This document shows positions 7,632 through 15,632 of a DNA stretch of 32,000 nucleotides, piece by piece. The notes beneath the pieces were generated by a model that saw nothing but the letters and a program-made list of their open reading frames with translations, was not told where the DNA came from and did no database searches. The DNA is from Candidatus Methanoperedens sp. GTDB taxonomy: Archaea; Halobacteriota; Methanosarcinia; Methanosarcinales; Methanoperedenaceae. The stretch's first letter is position 1. Every line of letters begins with the position of its first letter. The position numbers and the translations under genes were made by a program. Location: the NCBI GenBank assembly GCA_027460535.1, contig JAPZAR010000027.1:210001-242000 (forward strand). Reading direction: 5' to 3'.

Positions 7632-8726
7632 ATGTCTGATCCAGAATCCAAAAAGAGAATAATCCTCCATGCGGATATGAACTATTTCTTTGCCCAGTGC
7701 GAGGAAAGGGAACACCCTGAGATTAAAGGCAGGCCTGTGGTGGTATGCGTATATTCGGGGCGAGGAGGGGACAGCGGCGCTGTGAGCACGAGCAACTACG
7801 AAGCCCGAAAATTAGGGATAAAAGCCGGGATTCCAATCAGCCGCGCAAAAAAAATGGTTAAGGATGCGGTATTTCTTCCGGTAAATATGGAACTTTACCG
7901 CAGCATTTCGGATGAGGTGATGGAGATACTGCGAGGGCATTGCATGACGTTTGAACAGGAGAGCGTGGATGAGGCTTTCTGTGAAATCACCGGAATGGTT
8001 CCTGACTATGAGGAAGCAAGATTGTTGGCTGTGAAGATCAAAGAGGAAATCAGGAAGAAAGTGGGATTGACATGCTCGGTAGGAGTGGCGCCGAATAAAC
8101 TCGTTGCCAAAATAGCTTCGGATTTCAGGAAACCGGATGGATTGACCGTCGTGAAACCGGATGAAATCCAGAAGTTCCTCGCACCGCTTAAGATCACTGA
8201 CATTGCAGGCGTGGGAAAGAAGACGGGGGAGAGATTGAATGAGCTGGGAGTCCGGACCATCGGAGAGCTTTCAATGGTTTCGGCAGAAGAACTCACCCGG
8301 GAATTCGGGCAGGCCAAGGGAATGTGGTTGAAACAGGCATCGCGGGGGATAGATGATTCACCTGTGATAGAGCGGGAAGGCACGGAGCAGATAGGACGGA
8401 TAACCACGTTGAAGGAGGATACAAAGGATGTGCATATTATTTTTAGTGCCATAGATGAGCTTTCAGAGGATGTGTACAGGAAACTTATTGAGCGAAAGCT
8501 TGGCTTCAAGTCCATCTCGTTCGTGGCGATTACAAGCGATTTTAAAACCCACTCCAAGACACACACGCTCAGCGCGCCGGCAAAAGATCTTGATACAATC
8601 AGGACGGAAGCTCGCGAGCTTGCCAGAGCCTTCCTTACTGAGAATCCTGCAGCACTTCGAAGGGTTGGGGTAAAAGCTGCGAATCTGATGGAAGAGAAAG
8701 GCCAGAGGACGCTTGGTGAATTTTAG
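7632..8726 (+). CDS. dinB: Y-family DNA polymerase IV (Dpo4/DinB)
   Basis: Motifs ILHADMNYFFAQCEE, SVDEAF and SVGVAPNKLVAKIASD identify the family. The GVGKKTGERLNELGVRTIGEL helix-hairpin-helix is also present. The track ORF starts at TTG 7605; ATG 7632 (MSDPESKKRIILHADM) is preferred. Confidence 0.9.
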   Translation: MSDPESKKRIILHADMNYFFAQCEEREHPEIKGRPVVVCVYSGRGGDSGAVSTSNYEARKLGIKAGIPISRAKKMVKDAVFLPVNMELYRSISDEVMEILRGHCMTFEQESVDEAFCEITGMVPDYEEARLLAVKIKEEIRKKVGLTCSVGVAPNKLVAKIASDFRKPDGLTVVKPDEIQKFLAPLKITDIAGVGKKTGERLNELGVRTIGELSMVSAEELTREFGQAKGMWLKQASRGIDDSPVIEREGTEQIGRITTLKEDTKDVHIIFSAIDELSEDVYRKLIERKLGFKSISFVAITSDFKTHSKTHTLSAPAKDLDTIRTEARELARAFLTENPAALRRVGVKAANLMEEKGQRTLGEF

Positions 8727-8776
8727 GAATATAGAATTACAATCTTAGACGTACCCACAAGATTAATTAACCAACT

Positions 8777-8787
8777 AAATTATATAA
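8777..8787 (+). promoter_or_regulatory. TATA-box-like element (AAATTATATAA) upstream of purP
   Basis: The A/T box is centred about 25 nt upstream of the purP ATG (8808). With normal archaeal TATA-to-TSS spacing this implies a leaderless or very short-leader mRNA. Confidence 0.35.
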
Positions 8788-8807
8788 CATGGGTACTACG
8801 AGGCGAA

Positions 8808-9878
8808 ATGATTACTAAACAGGAGATTCTTGATATTTTGGAAGGTTACGATAAGGATGATCTGGCTATCGCCACTGTCTGTTCGCACAGCAGCCTCCAG
8901 ATATTCGATGGCGCAAGAAAAGAAGGTTTCAAGACTATCGGCATATGCATGGGCGCGCCTCCCAAGTTCTATGATGCTTTTCCAAAGGCAAAGCCCGATG
9001 AATTTTTCATCGTCAAAGATTATAAGGAAATCCTTTCAAAGACAGAAGAACTTGGAGCAAAGAACGCCATAATTATCCCTCACGGCTCTTTTGTGGAATA
9101 CCTGGGTGCCACCAATTTCCAGGAACTGCACCTACCCACCTACGGAAACCGCCGGGTGCTTGAATGGGAATCAGATAGGGAAATGAGCCGGAATTGGCTT
9201 GAATCCGCAGGAATAAAAATGCCAAGGCAGATAAAAAACCCGGAGGATATCGACTCGCCCATGATGGTAAAGTACTACGGGGCAAAAGGCGGGATGGGTT
9301 TCTTTGTTGTAAAGAATTATTCCGATTTCAAAAAAAGGATCAACATTTCTGAAAAATATACCATTCAGGAATTCGTTCTCGGAACGCGTTATTACATGCA
9401 TTATTTTTACTCGCCTATCAAACAGGAAGGATATGCTTTGAGCAAGGGTACGCTTGAACTGCTGGGGATCGACAGGCGCGTGGAATCGAACGCAGATGAG
9501 ATATTCAGGATCGGTTCACCCACGGAACTTGCCGAAGCCGGGATATATCCCACGTTCGTGGTCACGGGGAACATTCCTCTCATAGTGAGGGAATCGCTCC
9601 TTCCCAGGATATTTGATATGGGTGAAAAAGTAGTGGAAAAATCACTTGAGTTGTTCGGGGGCATGATCGGACCGTTCTGTCTTGAGGCCGTGGTGACGGA
9701 CTCGCTCGAGTTGAAAGTATTTGAGATCTCAGCACGCATCGTTGCCGGAACGAATCTTTTCATTAACGGTTCTCCGTATTCGGATCTTGTGGAGGAAAAA
9801 CTCTCCATGGGAAGACGTATAGCGCGGGAGATCAAGATCGCCCGGGACACGGATATGCTTTCGGAGGTGATCTCATGA
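8808..9878 (+). CDS. purP: 5-formaminoimidazole-4-carboxamide ribonucleotide (FAICAR) synthetase PurP (ATP-grasp, archaeal purine pathway)
   Basis: The 356-aa product has the N-terminal block IATVCSHSSLQIFDGARKEGFKTIGIC characteristic of PurP. An ATP-grasp body follows. Confidence 0.9.
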   Translation: MITKQEILDILEGYDKDDLAIATVCSHSSLQIFDGARKEGFKTIGICMGAPPKFYDAFPKAKPDEFFIVKDYKEILSKTEELGAKNAIIIPHGSFVEYLGATNFQELHLPTYGNRRVLEWESDREMSRNWLESAGIKMPRQIKNPEDIDSPMMVKYYGAKGGMGFFVVKNYSDFKKRINISEKYTIQEFVLGTRYYMHYFYSPIKQEGYALSKGTLELLGIDRRVESNADEIFRIGSPTELAEAGIYPTFVVTGNIPLIVRESLLPRIFDMGEKVVEKSLELFGGMIGPFCLEAVVTDSLELKVFEISARIVAGTNLFINGSPYSDLVEEKLSMGRRIAREIKIARDTDMLSEVIS

Positions 9879-11263
9879 CCCGGAAAACGGAATACGACGT
9901 TGTGATCGTGGGTGCAGGGCCGGCTGGCATGTTCGCGGCAGATGAGCTTGCGGGAAAGTTGGACGTGCTTATCATAGACCAGGGACGCGATATCAAAGAG
10001 CGGGAATGCAAGATGAAGCGCAGGGGCATCTGCACCCACTGCGACCCGTGCGATATAATGTGCGGCGTGGGAGGTGCGGGGACGTACTCCGATGGAACAT
10101 TGAATTTGCGCCCCGATATCGGAGGGGACCTTGCAGAGCAGACAGGTGACACCGAATATGCATGGCAGCTTGTGGACCATGTGGATAAGGTGTTCGTGAG
10201 ATACGGAGCGCCCGAACAATTGTATATTCCGAAAGGAAACGAGGTGGAGCAGTTGAAACGCCGTGCCGCTGCCGTGGGAGCGAGATTCATTGAGATCATC
10301 CAGAGACATATGGGTTCAGATAACGCCCCGAAGGTGATAGGCAACTTCGAGAAAGACCTGGAAGAGAGAGGGATTGAATTCCTCCTCAATACAAAGGTGG
10401 CAGATCTCATCATAGAGAATGGAACATGCAATGGTGTTGTTTTGAATGACGGAATAGAGATACGCTCCCGCTTTACCCTGATAGCGCCGGGAAGGGTTGG
10501 CGCCTCGTGGGTGGACGAGATCGTGAATAGGCACAAAATTGGGGCGAAATATGCACCCATTGACGTCGGTGTGCGGGTGGAAGTACCCGCAATAGTTATG
10601 GACCCCATAACCAAAATAAACCGCGACCCTAAGTTCCACATCCAGACCAAGACCTACGATGATTTTGTCAGGACGTTCTGCACAAATGAGCACGGCTTCG
10701 TTGTCAAGGAAGAGTACGAAGGGTTCATAGCCACGAACGGCCACTCCATGAGGAATATGGAATCCGAGAACACAAATTTTGCTTTTATCGTGAGAGTTGA
10801 GCTCACTGAGCCCATGGAGAATACCGTGCGCTACGGGCGCAGCATTGCCAAACTTGCCACAACCATCGGCGGAGGGAAACCCGTACTGCAGAGGATGGGT
10901 GACCTGCGCAGGGGTCGGCGCAGTACCGAAAAGAGGCTCAAGAAGAATGTGGTAATAAATACCCTGAAGGATGTTACGCCAGGGGATATCTCAATGGCTC
11001 TGCCTCACCGTATCGTCACTGATATAAGAGAAGGTCTTGAGGTATTGAACGAGATCATACCCGGTGTGGCATCGGATTCAACGCTCCTGTACGCGCCCGA
11101 GGTCAAGTTCTATTCCATGCAGGTGCTGGTTGACAGGAACATGGAAAGCAATGTCAAGAACCTGTTCGCGGCGGGGGACGGCGCGGGGCTTTCGAGGGAT
11201 ATTGTGAATGCTTCGGCCACGGGAGTGATCGCAGGGCGGGGAATATTGAAGAAGGTGGGGTGA
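9875..11263 (+). CDS. FAD-dependent oxidoreductase of an uncharacterised conserved family (COG2509-like, from memory)
   Basis: A Rossmann dinucleotide motif (YDVVIVGAGPAGMFAADEL) is followed by a Cys cluster, CKMKRRGICTHCDPCDIMCGVGGAG. A C-terminal FAD motif (LFAAGDGAG) is also present. The start overlaps the purP stop (ATGA at 9875-9878). Confidence 0.75.
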   Translation: MTRKTEYDVVIVGAGPAGMFAADELAGKLDVLIIDQGRDIKERECKMKRRGICTHCDPCDIMCGVGGAGTYSDGTLNLRPDIGGDLAEQTGDTEYAWQLVDHVDKVFVRYGAPEQLYIPKGNEVEQLKRRAAAVGARFIEIIQRHMGSDNAPKVIGNFEKDLEERGIEFLLNTKVADLIIENGTCNGVVLNDGIEIRSRFTLIAPGRVGASWVDEIVNRHKIGAKYAPIDVGVRVEVPAIVMDPITKINRDPKFHIQTKTYDDFVRTFCTNEHGFVVKEEYEGFIATNGHSMRNMESENTNFAFIVRVELTEPMENTVRYGRSIAKLATTIGGGKPVLQRMGDLRRGRRSTEKRLKKNVVINTLKDVTPGDISMALPHRIVTDIREGLEVLNEIIPGVASDSTLLYAPEVKFYSMQVLVDRNMESNVKNLFAAGDGAGLSRDIVNASATGVIAGRGILKKVG

Positions 11264-11331
11264 ATATTTGAAGATTGCAAAATATATGGCAAGACTAATT
11301 ATTTAAACTCATAATAATAAAAGCTGAGTAT

Positions 11332-11751
11332 ATGCTTTCACGCAAAGTTTCAGAAAAAATTGTATCGGAACTGATAGATGTATTTCAGAAGGATCTTTGC
11401 AGTGTGATTTTATTCGGTTCCTATGCAAAAGGGACTGCCCAGACATATTCTGATATTGATATCCTTATTATCCTGAACAGGAAATTCGGAAATTGGATGG
11501 AGCGGCGAGATCTTGAAATAGGACTCAGAAAAAGGCTATATCGAACAATAGGTCAGGTCTCTCCAAAGACCGGGTCTATCAAAGAATTGGAGGCTGCATT
11601 GGATGCTCTAAATCCACTGATACTTAATATCCTGGATTCTGGTATTATTTTATACGATAATGGCGCATTCGCTAAACTAAAGGAACATTTTGAGCAAAAA
11701 GTATCTACGGACGTTCTGAGGCACGCTGATTACTGGGAAGTGGTTGCTTGA
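11332..11751 (+). CDS. Minimal nucleotidyltransferase (MNT) antitoxin-type protein
   Basis: The motif ILFGSYAKGTAQTYSDIDILIIL is the G-S-x(n)-D-x-D nucleotidyltransferase motif of the pol-beta superfamily. The protein is 139 aa and sits directly upstream of, and overlapping, a HEPN gene. Confidence 0.85.
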   Translation: MLSRKVSEKIVSELIDVFQKDLCSVILFGSYAKGTAQTYSDIDILIILNRKFGNWMERRDLEIGLRKRLYRTIGQVSPKTGSIKELEAALDALNPLILNILDSGIILYDNGAFAKLKEHFEQKVSTDVLRHADYWEVVA

Positions 11752-12185
11752 CGCGGAACCTGGATATTGCTGAAGCATATTTTGTAGAAGCTAAAAATGA
11801 TTATGATACTGTATCGATACTTATTAAAAGTAAAAAATTCAGCATCGCAGTATATCATGCACAACAAGCAGTTGAAAAATTGCTAAAATCATGCCTTGCA
11901 GCAGAAGGTAAAATCGGCATATTTAAACATGAAATTTTCTCGTTTTTCCTGAATGAGTTTAAGGATAAAATAGACAACTTGAAAATGGCAAAACTCGAAG
12001 ATGCTGTCATTCCACTTGAAGAAAATTGGGCGCTCTCGAGATATCCAGACTGGAGCAATAAGCCAATTTGGATTCCATCCCAACAATTCACTGTTGATAA
12101 CGCACAAATGAGTGAAAAGAGGATGCAAACAGTTTTTGAGATATTATTGCCTTTTCTGAAGAAAAAATATAAAATTCAGGTATAA
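11748..12185 (+). CDS. HEPN-domain protein (toxin-type partner of MNT)
   Basis: The 145-aa product carries VYHAQQAVEKLLKSCL and ALSRYPD, blocks typical of the HEPN family that pairs with MNT. Its TTG start (11748-11750) overlaps the MNT stop TGA (11749-11751). Confidence 0.8.
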   Translation: MTRNLDIAEAYFVEAKNDYDTVSILIKSKKFSIAVYHAQQAVEKLLKSCLAAEGKIGIFKHEIFSFFLNEFKDKIDNLKMAKLEDAVIPLEENWALSRYPDWSNKPIWIPSQQFTVDNAQMSEKRMQTVFEILLPFLKKKYKIQV

Positions 12186-12188
12186 CCA

Positions 12189-13055
12189 ATGGGACCTACT
12201 TACATCGCCCGATGCGTGCAGCTCGCCATGCTTCTCGAGGTCTCAGCCACGCCCAAGCCAGGAAACATCGACAGGGACCATAACTACACAGATACCCGTT
12301 TTGAGCATTTCCTGGCAAGCGCCGTAGGTGTGTATCCTGTGATGGAGAAAGCAGCAGGCTCGAAATCCGGCGTAGGAGCGCTCATCCGCGAAGCTGTTGC
12401 GGAGAGCAGCAAATGGCAGAAGGGAGGCAATACTCATTTTGGGGCATTCATTCTTCTCATCCCGCTAGTCATGGCTGCGGGTAAGTGTGAGGATAAGAAG
12501 TGCCTGAGGGAGCGGGTTGAGAAGATAGTGAGAGAAACAACCGTGGAAGACGCCATCGAATTTTATCGCGCCTTCTCCCTGGCCCGGGTAAAAGTCAAAC
12601 CAGTGGAACAGCTTGGCCTTGGTGATGAATCATCTGTCGACAAAATAAAAGCGCAGGGATTGACACTTTATGACCTGATGGAGATCTCCTGCAGTTATGA
12701 TATGATAGCGGCTGAATGGGTGAATGGTTTCCAGAAAACCTTCGAATGCGCAGCATCGATCCGTGACAAGCTCAATAAGTGCGGTATCAATGATGCTGTG
12801 GTTCTTACGTTCATGGAGCTCTTATCCAGCAGCAAGGATACATTCATCCAGACGAAATTCGACATTAAAAAAGCTGAAGAGGTTTCCTTGAGGGCAAAAA
12901 AGATACTGAAGAGGGGGAACGGCATGGATAAGATAATGGATGAAATACATTCCTTTGACGATGACCTATTAAAGGAAAGAATCAATCCCGGCTCGACCGC
13001 GGATTTAATCATTGCAGGGCTTTTTGTTTCTCTATTTGAGGGGATGAGATTCTGA
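12189..13055 (+). CDS. Triphosphoribosyl-dephospho-CoA synthase (CitG/MdcB)-family protein, archaeal cofactor-biosynthesis-associated type
   Basis: CitG-family blocks are present: ATPKPGNIDR, GGNTHFGAFILLIP and NPGSTADLIIAGLF. The gene starts 3 nt after the HEPN stop. Confidence 0.8.
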   Translation: MGPTYIARCVQLAMLLEVSATPKPGNIDRDHNYTDTRFEHFLASAVGVYPVMEKAAGSKSGVGALIREAVAESSKWQKGGNTHFGAFILLIPLVMAAGKCEDKKCLRERVEKIVRETTVEDAIEFYRAFSLARVKVKPVEQLGLGDESSVDKIKAQGLTLYDLMEISCSYDMIAAEWVNGFQKTFECAASIRDKLNKCGINDAVVLTFMELLSSSKDTFIQTKFDIKKAEEVSLRAKKILKRGNGMDKIMDEIHSFDDDLLKERINPGSTADLIIAGLFVSLFEGMRF

Positions 13056-13126
13056 TCGACATTGACGAGTTCGGGATACAGGAAGGGATATCAGAGGTAA
13101 TTTTCACGACTATATCTCCCGATGGG

Positions 13127-13633
13127 ATGCCAAATGCCGCGCCAATGGGTTTACACAGAGAGAACAGCAGGCTTTTTGCCCGGATCTATGAATCAAAGAC
13201 GCTTGAGAATATATTGGGCAGGCCCATGGCAGCAGCAAATATCGCGGACGACCCGACCATATTCGTGCAGGCCTCGCTTTCCGATATCGAGCCAGAAAGA
13301 TTCGAATTTTTTGAAGGTTTCCCTGTTCTGAAAGAGGCAATGGGATGGCTTGTTTTTGATTGCAGATGTAAAAAGGGTGAGAAAATCTCAGTGGTGGAAT
13401 TATCTCCAATTAATGGAAAAATAAATACCCGAAAGATTCATCCGGTGAACCGCGGTTTAAATGCAGTCATAGAGGCATCGATCCACGCTACGCGATATGT
13501 GATCCTGAAAGAAAGGAAATACCTTGATCGCATTGGGTATTACAATACAATAGTCCAGAAATGCGGCGGAGCGCGCGAGAAGGAAGCTATGCGATTGCTT
13601 TATTCTCTGATTGAAAATGAGGAGCGAAAGTAA
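13127..13633 (+). CDS. DUF447-family (flavin-reductase-like split-barrel) protein; the true start probably lies upstream of the first ATG
   Basis: The ORF runs from ATG 13127. The same frame is open from 13040 and encodes EFGIQEGISEVIFTTISPDG upstream of MPNAAPMG, which looks like the conserved first strand of the fold. No ATG, GTG or TTG exists in that stretch. Confidence 0.65.
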   Translation: MPNAAPMGLHRENSRLFARIYESKTLENILGRPMAAANIADDPTIFVQASLSDIEPERFEFFEGFPVLKEAMGWLVFDCRCKKGEKISVVELSPINGKINTRKIHPVNRGLNAVIEASIHATRYVILKERKYLDRIGYYNTIVQKCGGAREKEAMRLLYSLIENEERK

Positions 13634-13792
13634 CATCATCGCCAGCCCAAACATTATATTTAACGGGTGAAACGGGGATTTAAAATAAGATCGTTGACAG
13701 GAACTGGCAGTCTCAGAAAGATTTTTATATTCCTTGAAATAACTATTTATGATCGGGTTATTCTAAAATTTCCTGACTCATGGAGTGGTAAT

Positions 13793-15121
13793 ATGTTAAG
13801 AAATAAAGTCAATAGAGGGTATGCCCTCAGAATAGCGCTTGGAATGCTGGCATTCATGCTGCTATCCGGAAGCGCCGCAGTGCAGGGGAAGACATGGTAT
13901 GTCCTGGCAGGCGGGGAAACACCAGACATGGCGATCCAGGGTATGGGATTCTATCCCGGCAACATCACCATAAATGAAGGTGATACTATTAACTGGACGC
14001 TGGGGGGACATAATCTTCATACCGTCAGCTTCCTTAGCGGTGGTCCAACCCCTATACCGGGTAGCCCGGCTTCATTATCGCCAGCTGGCGGCTCCACATA
14101 CGACGGCACGGGCATCGTTAGCTCCGGCCTGATATTTCCCGGGATGAGCTACTCGCTGACTTTCACAACAGCCGGGAATTATTCATATCAATGCCTAATC
14201 CATTCCGGCATGGCAGGTGCGGTCATGGTGCAGAATGCTGGCAGCCCTTACCCGTTCACACAGGGTCAGTATAATGCAAAGGGCAGGAAGGAACTGAAAG
14301 AAGACCTGGAAACGGGGAAGATGTTGGTGGAAAATTTGGGATTGACCTCAAATCCCGGGCCAAACGGCACAACCGTGTGGCAGGCATCTATTGATATACC
14401 ATTGCCGGTAGATGCAAAACACAAAGCATCATACATGCGTTTTACACCCAGGGTGTTGAAGATACATACCGATGATCAGGTGGTCTGGACTCAACTGGAT
14501 CCTATGGAGATACATACGGTGACCTTCCTGGCTGCAGGCCAAAAGCCACTAGAATTCGTAATACCGATAGCTGGTGGATTCATGATAAATCCTGATGCTG
14601 CCGCTCCGTCAGGCGGAAGCAGCTACAATGGCACCGGGAACGCCAGCTCGGGTGTACTTCCACCAGGGCAGAATTACACCCTGAAGTTCACAAAGCCAGG
14701 CACTTACAGTTATCTATGCCTGATTCACGATGAAATGAAGATGGTAGGCAAGGTGCTGGTAATGCCGCCCGGAGGCAGTATCGAAGGGTTTACGATCAAC
14801 GATACTAACGGGAATGGAAAGCAGGATGCGGGCGAGGCGGGTCTGCCGGGGTGGAAGATCAAGCTGAAAGGCATTGGGGCAGGAACCAGGGATATCGAGA
14901 AAGAAAATACCACTGATGCCATGGGATTCTACAGGTTCGATGAACTTCCGGCAGGTAAATATCTTGTGGAGGAAGTACACAAGAAAGGCTTTGTCCCTAC
15001 GAGTCCTCCCGTGAAGAGCGTAACGCTGGCACAGGGTGAGAATTCAATGAACAATAATTTCACGAACAAGCCCAAACATACTGAAAAATATGACGAAGAG
15101 GACGCCGACCAATCCAGATAA
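13793..15121 (+). CDS. Secreted protein with two type-1 copper (cupredoxin) domains and a C-terminal SdrD/Cna-B-like domain
   Basis: The signal peptide is MLRNKVNRGYALRIALGMLAFMLLSGSAAVQG. There are two cupredoxin units: HNLHTVSF ... YSYQCLIHSGMAGAVMV and MEIHTVTF ... YSYLCLIHDEMKMVGKVLV, each with Cys-x2-His-x2-Met. These are followed by GFTINDTNGNGKQDAGEAGLPGWKIKLKG ... TTDAMGFYRFDELPAGKYLVEE. ATG 13793 is preceded by GGAGTGG; the track start at 13667 adds an implausible extension. Confidence 0.7.
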   Translation: MLRNKVNRGYALRIALGMLAFMLLSGSAAVQGKTWYVLAGGETPDMAIQGMGFYPGNITINEGDTINWTLGGHNLHTVSFLSGGPTPIPGSPASLSPAGGSTYDGTGIVSSGLIFPGMSYSLTFTTAGNYSYQCLIHSGMAGAVMVQNAGSPYPFTQGQYNAKGRKELKEDLETGKMLVENLGLTSNPGPNGTTVWQASIDIPLPVDAKHKASYMRFTPRVLKIHTDDQVVWTQLDPMEIHTVTFLAAGQKPLEFVIPIAGGFMINPDAAAPSGGSSYNGTGNASSGVLPPGQNYTLKFTKPGTYSYLCLIHDEMKMVGKVLVMPPGGSIEGFTINDTNGNGKQDAGEAGLPGWKIKLKGIGAGTRDIEKENTTDAMGFYRFDELPAGKYLVEEVHKKGFVPTSPPVKSVTLAQGENSMNNNFTNKPKHTEKYDEEDADQSR

Positions 15122-15149
15122 CACAACGAAGATAAGTTACAGATTAGAA

Positions 15150-15181
15150 GGGACAAATAACTGGATTTGTCCCCCATTTTT
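15150..15181 (+). terminator. Stem-loop plus T-run terminator candidate after the cupredoxin gene
   Basis: GGGACAAAT (15150-15158) pairs perfectly with ATTTGTCCC (15165-15173) across the 6-nt loop AACTGG. The stem is followed by CCATTTTT. Confidence 0.5.
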
Positions 15182-15221
15182 AGAAACGATATTCGTATTT
15201 CTTATGGATTTAGAATTTTCC

Positions 15222-15632
15222 TCAGAAATTTATCAACCTATCCAGATGCGTTACCTCTTCCTTCGCCAGCGATACCTTTGCAATAATATCCTTGAACTCC
15301 GGCATCCCCTTCCCGCCGGTATCTTCTGACACAAGCGCATTGGACCATGGGCTGTTTACCATGAACGCAAGTCCTCCAGGTTCATCTCTTTTGGTTTCCT
15401 TTACCTCGACCACGATACTACCGCTGCTGCTGGATACCTTCACCCTGTCCCCCGGCTTGAATCCCATACGTTGCATATCATTCTTGCTAAGGATTATGCA
15501 GGCTGAGAGTTTCCTGTACTCCTCACCGAACCTGTCCCTCTCAAGCGCTTCCACCTGGAAAATATCCCTGTAAGTAGTGATCTTGATATCGAATTCCGGA
15601 GACTTCAAGAACTTCCCCACATCGATTCCCAT
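15222..15632 (-). CDS. fwdD: Formylmethanofuran dehydrogenase subunit D (molybdopterin-dinucleotide-binding barrel domain)
   Basis: The 136-aa product contains ILSKNDMQRMGFKPGDRVKVSSSSGSIVVEVKE, typical of FwdD/FmdD. Its ATG shares one base with the fwdB stop (TGATG at 15630-15634 on the minus strand). Confidence 0.85.
   Translation of the reverse strand: MGIDVGKFLKSPEFDIKITTYRDIFQVEALERDRFGEEYRKLSACIILSKNDMQRMGFKPGDRVKVSSSSGSIVVEVKETKRDEPGGLAFMVNSPWSNALVSEDTGGKGMPEFKDIIAKVSLAKEEVTHLDRLINF

Noticed and set aside
9407-10650. Two long minus-strand ORFs (300 aa and 272 aa) lie antisense to purP and the FAD oxidoreductase.
   Set aside because: They lie entirely inside strongly supported plus-strand genes. 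They have Ser/Arg/Pro-rich, motif-free sequences typical of shadow frames in GC-richer coding DNA, and no SD-like site. The same reasoning applies to 1900-2463, 8006-8566, 18874-19467, 23519-24266, 25036-25647 and 28277-28834 on the minus strand.
13667-13792. The track adds a 42-codon upstream extension to the double-cupredoxin ORF.
   Set aside because: The extension would bury the signal peptide. ATG 13793 has an SD-like GGAGTGG and yields a normal n-h-c signal sequence.
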